Assembly (NCBI GenBank): GCA_964419615.1
Contig: CAYQPU010000017.1
Span: forward strand, 1 to 33,398
DNA from: an uncultured Methanosarcinales archaeon
GTDB taxonomy: Archaea > Nanobdellota > Nanobdellia > Woesearchaeales > JAGVZT01
DNA: 33,398 nt
Reading direction: 5' to 3'
Both the position numbers and the translations under genes were made by a program. Numbering within the stretch: the first letter of the stretch is position 1; the number at the start of each line of letters is the position of its first letter. The notes below the pieces were generated by a model, which was not told the DNA's origin, made no database searches, and saw only the letters and a list, made by a program, of their open reading frames with translations. This document shows positions 28,001 to 33,398 of this stretch, one piece after another.

Positions 28001-28799
28001 CTTCTGCAACCAAAGCGCCTAGTAAAAATGCAAGGTGCTTGTTCATGCTTTTTGGTAAATCAAATTTAATTGTGTTCTTTTTTCTCTGTGGAATGAAACT
28101 AATTAGATCAAAATTTTTCTTTGAAAACAATGAACATCCTCTGTTGAGTACCACAATATCTTTTTTTGTGATATTTTTTAGAAGTTTCCATTCTGTTTTT
28201 GGAATACCATCAAGTGTCCAGCATAAAATTGGATGATTGTGTGAACCCTTAATTTCGTAGCCTAGTTCAGTTTCCAGTTCAATGATATTGTGTTTACCAG
28301 AATCAAAGAACTTTGAAGCTGTATTTTTTTTACCATTATAGGATAATATTTTCATATTAATCTTAGTTTCCTGTTTGTTGGAAATACTATCAATTGGTAA
28401 AATGCCTTTATCAGTCAAGATTAGTGAATCACCAGTAATACAATACCTCATTGCTGCTGCTGAATCTCCATCAATAGATCCAAAATTACCCTGACCATTG
28501 ACAAGAGGATATCTTAGTGAGAATCCTTGGGCCATTCTTACAAGTGTGTCATAAACTGCAGCATCTCCATGTGGATGATATTTACCTAAAACTTCTCCAA
28601 CAATTCTAGCACATTTTCTAAATGGCTTATTATGAACAAGACTCATTTGCTGCATAGCAAACAAAACTCTTCTATGCACTGGTTTTAGACCATCTCTAAC
28701 ATCAGGTAAAGCTCTACCAACAATTACGCTCATAGCATAATCTAGATAGCTTTGTTGCATCTCATGTTCTATTATTCGCCTGACTATTTTTTCTGACAT
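25092..28799 (-). CDS. gyrA: DNA gyrase subunit A precursor containing an intein (mature protein 802 aa)
   Basis: [26 protein letters not shown]|TE catalytic Tyr, [14 protein letters not shown], GyrA box QHRGGKG, beta-pinwheel repeats. Confidence 0.97.
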   Translation of the reverse strand: MSEKIVRRIIEHEMQQSYLDYAMSVIVGRALPDVRDGLKPVHRRVLFAMQQMSLVHNKPFRKCARIVGEVLGKYHPHGDAAVYDTLVRMAQGFSLRYPLVNGQGNFGSIDGDSAAAMRYCITGDSLILTDKGILPIDSISNKQETKINMKILSYNGKKNTASKFFDSGKHNIIELETELGYEIKGSHNHPILCWTLDGIPKTEWKLLKNITKKDIVVLNRGCSLFSKKNFDLISFIPQRKKNTIKFDLPKSMNKHLAFLLGALVAEGSFHQKKIIFCNSDMHYYNKIKNIIYDQFKGIQIYERKIAGNCLELEIYHQHVVNFLKNIGLREAKSDKKEIPFSVLQSTKKIIAEFLKGLFEGDGSVKYKIDKRHFGKSIELTYNSKSKKLISQLKILLLNFGIVTTSPYKDKRNGCYKLIISGHASIKAFKDNINFFSPRKISILGKIDSINPNRMSKTDLIPFISEYIRKKYKLHKISRFNFDRYNNLEKNIGELLEIVDKKDAILLKDLLKIRYLFSKVKFTKKLGKKKKVYSVKVDSRCHSFIASGFINHNTEAKLQKISDAVLEDIEKETVDFVENFDNSLKEPTVLPAKLPNLLINGSSGIAVGMATNIPPHNLSEVSDAIIAQVDNPQITIDELNQIIVGPDFPTAGIIVGTKGIIEAYKKGKGQIKVRARSKSEEIKGKPAIIITEIPYMVNKSRLIEQIADCVKTDRIKGIADLRDESDRTGMRIVIILKKDANKDVVLNQLYKHTRLQTTFGANLLALVNNVPKRLNLKQFISNYIDHRKEIVTKRTQFDLKKAQARIHIVKGLLIALKNIDPVIKLIRNSSNAAQAMQGLQKEFELSQKQTEAILNMRLQKLTALEIDKLKDENEELTKKIKEFKSILDSEQKVLDIIKEEITQIKQDFGDERRTELIEEEEEILDEDIIKEEQMVITITNSGYIKRTQPQLYKMQHRGGKGIRTTSTKEEDFVEHIFTSSTHSYILFFTDKGKVFWIKVYQLPHASRQAKGKAIVNLLRLSQDEQITAMIPIRNFSEQNNLVMVTKNGIINKTKLSEYSNPRKGGIIAIKLEEDNRLVDVVMTDGKQQLLIATAKGQAVRFEETDVRPTGRATRGVRGIRLGKNDYVVGMVISDEEKSLLTITENGFGKRTKISSYRLIRRGGKGVINIKCSQRNGNVADIKSVNDSDEIIFVSRQGILIRVPAKGISQIGRNTQGVRLMRLNSGDKVVNAARIVD
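27144..28442 (-). mobile_element. Intein with LAGLIDADG homing endonuclease (433 aa, Cys120-Asn552 of the precursor), inserted directly after the catalytic Tyr119
   Basis: Block A CITGDSLI, block B GSHNHPIL, endonuclease motifs [11 protein letters not shown] and [11 protein letters not shown], block F/G VYSVKV...GFINHN, +1 Thr. Confidence 0.96.
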
Positions 28800-28925
28800 T
28801 TTTATATAAAATGAGCTCAGAAATCGCCCAAATCCTTATATATCAAGAACCTTTAGTTATATATAAAGCTTTTGGTATTCATTTAAGAGTAGAAGCTCCC
28901 TAAGGGAATAATTTGAATACTTCAG

Positions 28926-29069
28926 CTATTGTTCAATTTTGATAAGATTATTTCTAACTGAAAAGCTTTTTCCGCAGTAAACGCACCTTTTTCTTTTACC
29001 AATTATAGTCTTTCGGGGCATACATTTCATGTTTTGCCTGCATTTAGGGCATTTAAGAACTAGAGCCAT
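28926..29069 (-). CDS. Small Zn-ribbon protein (47 aa)
   Basis: MALVLKCPKCRQNMKC...KRKRCVYCGKSF with two CxxC pairs. ATG 29069 overlaps the end of scpB; the longer track start lies deep inside scpB. Confidence 0.65.
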   Translation of the reverse strand: MALVLKCPKCRQNMKCMPRKTIIGKRKRCVYCGKSFSVRNNLIKIEQ

Positions 29070-30012
29070 CTTGAGAATCACTCTCTTGGTTTTTTTCTTT
29101 ATCCTTAGCATCTGTGTTCTCAGGATCAGTCTTTGCTTTAGTATCTTCATCTGGATCTGATTGTTCAGATTCATCATGTGCCTCAGTTTCATCAGAGTTT
29201 TCTTCTAACTCATCTGTTTCTTCAGATTCTACAGAATCCTCAGACTCTTCTAATTTTTCAGATTCTGATTGATCAGAGGATTCTTCCGGGCTAGATGATT
29301 CATCATCTTGCTTATCATTAGTAGTTTCGTCTTTCTCAGGATAGTCCACAACTTCCAGATGCGGCTGCTCAACTGCTGGTTCAACAACTTCTACTCTGGT
29401 GGATTCTTGCTCTTTGGATTTTTCAGATTCAGGCTCATCATATACTTGTAAATCTCCAAGTTTTTCATCATAAGGTTCCATTCCCTGCTCTTCAAGGTCT
29501 TTTAGAATGATATCTTCTTCTGATACATCCTTAAAATTACCAAATCTTTCTTTTACAGCTTCTTTATCTTTAAGATCAAAATATTCAAAAAATCTTTGTG
29601 CAAGTTTGATTGTGTATGATCTTCCGTGAGGAGTTTTTGATATATATCCCATGTCTACAAGTTCTTTAATGTGCTCATATGCCTTATTTCCTCTGGTATT
29701 TATGACATCAGATTGAAGCACAGGTGCTTTCCAAGCAATCACTGCTAAGCTTTCCATTATTGCTCTGCTTAATTCTGTATGAGGCATTATATTCTGAACT
29801 GTATCCATGTATCTTTCTCCAACAGTAAGCTTCCAAGTATTTGCTTGGTTGCTTAGAATAAATGCAGAATCTTTTTGCTCATAATCTATTTTTAATTCAT
29901 GTAATATCTTTTTCGTTGATTCTAGATCTAGCTTTACATGAGCTGCAATTTCATGGTCTTCAATTCTATCACCAATTGCAAATAAAACTGCTTCAATTCT
30001 CTTTTTTTCCAT
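29053..30012 (-). CDS. scpB: SMC-Scp complex subunit ScpB with a long acidic disordered C-terminal tail
   Basis: RIEAVLFA, ELSRAIMESLAVIAWKAPVLQSDVINTRG, FFEYFDL. Likely start is MEKKR at 30012. Confidence 0.9.
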   Translation of the reverse strand: MEKKRIEAVLFAIGDRIEDHEIAAHVKLDLESTKKILHELKIDYEQKDSAFILSNQANTWKLTVGERYMDTVQNIMPHTELSRAIMESLAVIAWKAPVLQSDVINTRGNKAYEHIKELVDMGYISKTPHGRSYTIKLAQRFFEYFDLKDKEAVKERFGNFKDVSEEDIILKDLEEQGMEPYDEKLGDLQVYDEPESEKSKEQESTRVEVVEPAVEQPHLEVVDYPEKDETTNDKQDDESSSPEESSDQSESEKLEESEDSVESEETDELEENSDETEAHDESEQSDPDEDTKAKTDPENTDAKDKEKNQESDSQDGSSS

Positions 30013-30583
30013 CTCCTGTGACAAGTTGATACCCCTTTTTAACTTTTTCAATTTTTCCTTTTTTAATAAATGCTTGGATAAACGGATCTAATTGTTTTGG
30101 AACTATCCCTACTTTTCTTGATAATTCTTCTATGGAAGTTGGTCCATTCTCCAATGATAGTGTAATTAGGTTTGTTAAAATTGCTTCTCCATTTTTTTTT
30201 AGTAATTGGTTTTCTGCATTTAAATTGGCTACATTATTGCTAATAGTATGTAATTTTGATAATAGATCATTTAGTACATCTCCAAAATTACTTGAACTAA
30301 CTGCTAATTTATCTGGTTCAATTATCTCAACAGATGATGGCATATAATCAAAGCAAAAATCTAAGATCTGGTTTGTGGACTGGAATTGCAGTTCAAGTTC
30401 TGCAAATGTGCTAAAGAATGATTCCACTTCTTTTGGCTCAAATACTTTTTCTTCAACAATTTTAATGGTTTTCTGATCTTTAATTTTGTCCATCACAAGG
30501 CTCATAGACTTAATAACATGATCTTTTGGTTTTCCCACTATCTCAATGATTGATTTTACAATCATTTTTTGGTTTTCTGGCAT
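29993..30583 (-). CDS. Archaeal hypothetical protein: alpha/beta N-domain, coiled coil and C-terminal winged-helix-like segment
   Basis: IEIVGKPKDHV, FSTFAELEL, CFDYMPSSVEIIEP, heptad NDLLSKLHTISNNVANLNAENQLLK, SIEELSRKVG...IKKGKIEKVKKGY; TTTTTAAA box about 22 nt upstream. Confidence 0.75.
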   Translation of the reverse strand: MPENQKMIVKSIIEIVGKPKDHVIKSMSLVMDKIKDQKTIKIVEEKVFEPKEVESFFSTFAELELQFQSTNQILDFCFDYMPSSVEIIEPDKLAVSSSNFGDVLNDLLSKLHTISNNVANLNAENQLLKKNGEAILTNLITLSLENGPTSIEELSRKVGIVPKQLDPFIQAFIKKGKIEKVKKGYQLVTGDGKKEN

Positions 30584-30635
30584 GAGATATTAGAAAAAGA
30601 GGATGTTTAAAAAGGTTGTGGATGTTTTATAAGAA

Positions 30636-30986
30636 TCATTCTTCCTGTGAGGTATTTGGATTTAATGTCCAGATTTCCAAACAATTATCGTCTAATTTCA
30701 TTCCTATGTCTGTTTCTATATATGCAGCAGTAATTGCAACATCATGTCCTGCCTGCTCATAACTCCTGATTACCTCAGCAGGTGGTGTTTTTGTTATATC
30801 ATAAGAATCAGCCCACCTCATAGGAAAAACTCCTTGACTTACAAATCCTTTTGTTTTAAGTAGTTCTGTGACTGCTTCATAAGTATTTCTAATTACTTGT
30901 TCTACAATTTCATTTCCTGGAGAATCCTTGTAATGATCAGTTAATCTACCATCAAAATAATGTACTGTAGCCATCTGTTCCACCAA
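30636..30986 (-). CDS. Hypothetical protein (about 112-116 aa; start ambiguous: TTG 30986, GTG 30983 or ATG 30974)
   Basis: ORF has its own TTTATATA box at 31014-31007; no motif recognised. Confidence 0.6.
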   Translation of the reverse strand: MVEQMATVHYFDGRLTDHYKDSPGNEIVEQVIRNTYEAVTELLKTKGFVSQGVFPMRWADSYDITKTPPAEVIRSYEQAGHDVAITAAYIETDIGMKLDDNCLEIWTLNPNTSQEE

Positions 30987-31241
30987 ATAGTTGAGATTGT
31001 ATTAAGTATATAAATATTTCCACTTTTGACCACTGTTAAATGATTACTGGCTCCCTAACAGATCCAGATTGAATTCTTGATATTGTACAAAGGAAATGAC
31101 ATCCAAAATATGTTACCAAACGTTTTTTATTTTAGTCTTGATACTACGATTAGAACTTAAATACAATTTCTGTAAATTAATATTAAAAACAGTAAGAATA
31201 TTAAGACTGACTAGTAGCCAAAGTCACTGTCAAAGATACAT

Positions 31242-31781
31242 TTATTTATCAATAGGACATACTCCACCAGCACATGCTGGAACTACTTGTGGCTTTTTAA
31301 TAATTCCTAAATTAATTAGTCCAAAGTATATTTTACACCCCACACATATGCCAAAGGATGTTTCAAGCCACAATAGCATCAAACAGATACTACAAATTGA
31401 AAAGGGAACAATTCCTCTTATACTAAATATTACTGAGATAAATATCATAGAGACTGCCATTATCAGACCCAAAGACCAAGCAAATCGCTTCTGAATTGCA
31501 CCTGAATATTCAGGCCTTTGCTTTTTGACAATCAGGCTTCCTAATGCAAAGAAAGGTGCAAAATAAGGATTGATAACTCTAATTAAGAATTCAAGTGAAA
31601 ATGCTAAAATTGTTATTGTAAGCAGTGTGAAATTTCTTAAAAATAAGGTAATAACAAAGGTTACTATACCTATGATAAGCATAATTCCTGCCCCAGCACG
31701 AGCATCTCTTTCATTAACAACTCCATAGGTTACTTGTTTTCCATCAATAATAAGATTATCAATTATTTTTCCATAAGCCAT
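31242..31781 (-). CDS. DUF4395 family membrane protein
   Basis: VNERDARAGAG, KRFAWSLG, LETSFGICVGCKIY, C-terminal CAGGVC. Confidence 0.85.
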   Translation of the reverse strand: MAYGKIIDNLIIDGKQVTYGVVNERDARAGAGIMLIIGIVTFVITLFLRNFTLLTITILAFSLEFLIRVINPYFAPFFALGSLIVKKQRPEYSGAIQKRFAWSLGLIMAVSMIFISVIFSIRGIVPFSICSICLMLLWLETSFGICVGCKIYFGLINLGIIKKPQVVPACAGGVCPIDK

Positions 31782-31845
31782 TTATTTAATCAATTGGAAT
31801 TAGTTTTTAAAGATTAGGTTTAAGGTTTGGGTATTTGTTGTTATA

Positions 31846-31858
31846 TGTAACAGTTACA
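31846..31858. promoter_or_regulatory. Perfect 13-bp palindrome TGTAAC-A-GTTACA; candidate transcription-factor operator
   Basis: Exact inverted repeat in the divergent DUF4395/rpl35ae intergenic region. Confidence 0.45.
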
Positions 31859-31878
31859 CATAAGTAAAACCTCACACA

Positions 31879-31892
31879 GAAACCTTTTTATA
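31879..31892 (+). promoter_or_regulatory. BRE-TATA promoter of rpl35ae
   Basis: GAAACC-TTTTTATA, 22 nt before ATG 31915. Confidence 0.6.
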
Positions 31893-31914
31893 CTATTCAA
31901 AGTTACTTTTTCTC

Positions 31915-32172
31915 ATGGAAGCTGTAGTTGTTAATTTCAGGCGGGGAAGACACAGACAGAAAACAAACCAATTGGTGCTTCAGATTAAAGGATCTGATGA
32001 TATTAAGAAAGCTGAAAAGTTTGTTGGTAAAAAAGTTGTTTTCACATCTCCTGCTGGAAAACAGATAAATGGAGAGATTAGTGCTGCACATGGTAATAGT
32101 GGAGCTGTACGAGCTAGGTTTGAAAGAGGGCTTCCTGGCCAACTTCTGGGTAGAACTGTTAAAGTTGAGTGA
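31915..32172 (+). CDS. rpl35ae: 50S ribosomal protein L35Ae (eL33)
   Basis: VNFRRGRHRQ.TNQ, GKKVVF, GEISAAHGNSGAVRARFERGLPGQ. Confidence 0.95.
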   Translation: MEAVVVNFRRGRHRQKTNQLVLQIKGSDDIKKAEKFVGKKVVFTSPAGKQINGEISAAHGNSGAVRARFERGLPGQLLGRTVKVE

Positions 32173-32180
32173 TTTCTTTT
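32173..32180 (+). terminator. Oligo-T tract, candidate archaeal terminator of rpl35ae
   Basis: TTTCTTTT immediately after the TGA stop. Confidence 0.4.
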
Positions 32181-32193
32181 AATCAATATTAAA

Positions 32194-32350
32194 AAAGCTG
32201 TCTGCACCAGGCCGTTTCGTTCGCCAGTTTGCTAAACTCTATTCAATCATTAATCCAAGATAACAACAGTGCAGGCAAACTGTTCCTTTCTGAATCTTAT
32301 GATGAACACTGTCTCTCTCACATAAATTTGGCCAAGGTGCTGATAACTTT
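32194..32350. ncRNA. Candidate structured non-coding RNA of unknown family (minus strand slightly favoured)
   Basis: About 41% GC by count, in an intergenic gap with no credible ORF. Closing stem 32194-32213/32330-32350, stem 32225-32232/32275-32282, hairpin 32297-32325, loop-loop pairing 32266-32271/32307-32312. Confidence 0.55.
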
Positions 32351-32372
32351 GAATATGAATGATCATTTTTTT

Positions 32373-32387
32373 CAAAAGGTTTAAAAG
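32373..32387 (+). promoter_or_regulatory. BRE-TATA promoter of the MBL hydrolase; the TATA is near-symmetric and might also fire on the minus strand
   Basis: CAAAAGG-TTTAAAAG, 22 nt before ATG 32410. Confidence 0.55.
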
Positions 32388-32409
32388 ACCATACTCCTAT
32401 GTATTAATT

Positions 32410-33219
32410 ATGAAAGATCTTATTACTTTTCTTGGTACTGGACAAGGTCCAATGGTTATTGGTAAGCATGTTAGAGCTTCAGGAGGGATTGTTATTAATG
32501 CATATGATCATCAAATTCATATTGATCCTGGCCCAAGTTCTCTTGCTATGGCCAAAGAATTCTATCTTAATCCAAGAGCTACAAGTGTTGTTTTAGTATC
32601 CCATAATCATCTTAACCATTGCAATGATGTTAATGCTGTGATTGATGCCATGACTATTGGAGGTTTAGACAAAAGCGGTGTTTTGATTTGTAATAATTCA
32701 CTGATTAATGGAGATGAAGAAAACACACCTTATCTAACCAAGTTTCATAAAAGATGTTTGGAAAGATATATTGTGCTTAAGCCAAACCAAAAAGCTGCTG
32801 TAGATAATATTGAAATTCATACAACTTATACAAAACATTCAGTTGAATGTATGGGTTTTAAGTTAATTACTCCTGAATTTGCCATCTCATACTTATCAGA
32901 TACAGGTTATAGTCAGGATATTGGAAAGGAGCATCTAGGTTCGGATATTCTGATATTAAATGTGGTTAATCCCACTGGTACAGAATCAAGGTTTAATCTT
33001 AATTCTGAAGATGCAATAAGGATAATTTCAGAAGTTCAACCAAAATTATCTGTGATAACTCATTTTTCTGCAAAAATGCTAAATACAGATCCACTTATGG
33101 AAGCAAGAAATATCAATAAAGCAACAAAGAGACAAGTTATGGCTGCCAAGGATGGACTAACTATTAATCCCAAAACTTACTCGTCCAAAAGAAGACAGCA
33201 AAAGTTAGGCTATTATTAA
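32410..33219 (+). CDS. Metallo-beta-lactamase-fold hydrolase (PhnP/RNase Z-like)
   Basis: FLGTG, IDPGP, SHNHLNH (HxHxDH variant), SDTGY, THF. ATG 32410 is 22 nt from the TTTAAAAG box; the track start 32359 is unlikely. Confidence 0.85.
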   Translation: MKDLITFLGTGQGPMVIGKHVRASGGIVINAYDHQIHIDPGPSSLAMAKEFYLNPRATSVVLVSHNHLNHCNDVNAVIDAMTIGGLDKSGVLICNNSLINGDEENTPYLTKFHKRCLERYIVLKPNQKAAVDNIEIHTTYTKHSVECMGFKLITPEFAISYLSDTGYSQDIGKEHLGSDILILNVVNPTGTESRFNLNSEDAIRIISEVQPKLSVITHFSAKMLNTDPLMEARNINKATKRQVMAAKDGLTINPKTYSSKRRQQKLGYY

Positions 33220-33398
33220 AAAATTAGTGAAATTAGCAACCCAATAAAGCATCCTGCTGAGATAAATGGCATTGCAGGATAGTATCTATTTTTCTGGCTT
33301 TTTATTAACAAAAGAAACAAAGTTAATGCAGCAGTAAAGGTTATTATGAATGGTGCGAATTTGTTTGGAAGTGATTTCATCACAACTCCTGAAAAAAT
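33216..33398 (-). CDS. C-terminal 60 aa of a presenilin/GxGD-type intramembrane aspartyl protease-like protein (starts beyond the window)
   Basis: Not in the ORF track. Manual translation IFSGVVMKSLPNKFAPFIITFTAALTLFLLLIKSQKNRYYPAMPFISAGCFIGLLISLIF*: two TM helices around a PAL-like PAMP motif. Confidence 0.6.
   Translation of the reverse strand: MFSGVVMKSLPNKFAPFIITFTAALTLFLLLIKSQKNRYYPAMPFISAGCFIGLLISLIF

Noticed and set aside
29070-29192. N-terminal extension of the Zn-ribbon ORF shown in the track
   Set aside because: It lies wholly within the scpB tail in another frame. ATG 29069 gives a compact Zn-ribbon with a normal short overlap.
29993-30583. Calling ORF196 ScpA
   Set aside because: Position and the C-terminal winged-helix-like segment are suggestive, but the N-terminal kleisin motif is absent and the N-domain looks alpha/beta.
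31096-31494. 132-aa plus-strand ORF
   Set aside because: More than half overlaps DUF4395 in antisense, and it has no motif or convincing promoter.
32194-32350. Identification of the RNA element as tRNA, tmRNA, RNase P, SRP, hammerhead, or SAM-I, c-di-GMP or fluoride riboswitch
   Set aside because: Only fragments match (GCACC/GGTGCA acceptor-like ends, CGAAAC, GGCAAAC, AAGGTGCT, GTTCGCC). The required cores are absent: a 7-bp acceptor with TTCRA loop, GAGGAAAGTCC, CAGG-GNRA-AGCA, CTGANGA plus stem II, GACGCAAAG.
1-33398. CRISPR array, IS element, prophage, rRNA or tRNA genes
   Set aside because: No regularly spaced direct repeats, transposase or integrase motifs, terminal inverted repeats, viral hallmark genes or cloverleaf sequences were found. 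The intein is the only clear mobile element.

Overview
An AT-rich (about 30-33% GC by spot counts), densely packed archaeal chromosome segment. The archaeal assignment rests on ribosomal protein eL33/L35Ae, archaeal-type Elp3, the OapABC/ArvABC triad and BRE-TATA promoters about 21-23 nt before many first ATGs. Together with gyrase A and RadC, this is most consistent with a DPANN/Woesearchaeota-like genome (inference). Bases 1-15.2 kb are a surface-glycan locus: NodU-type carbamoyltransferase, AsnB-type amidotransferase, FAD oxidoreductase, three NDP-sugar epimerases, two GT2s, a methyltransferase and GT-C-like membrane proteins, interrupted by two orphan ORFs. Bases 15.2-33.4 kb hold a DUF362 ferredoxin, Elp3, an orphan Cys-rich lipoprotein with a downstream partner, an RNA m5C methyltransferase, an enlarged UPF0175/PIN pair, arvABC, radC, gyrA with a 433-aa LAGLIDADG intein, an ORF196-scpB-Zn-ribbon unit, DUF4395, rpl35ae, an MBL hydrolase and the end of a presenilin-like protease. 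The strongest unexplained signal is a non-coding element of about 157 nt (32194-32350) that folds into a closed multi-stem structure with a loop-loop pseudoknot. No CRISPR array, rRNA, canonical tRNA or transposase was seen. All family calls come from motif recognition by eye; no searches were run.
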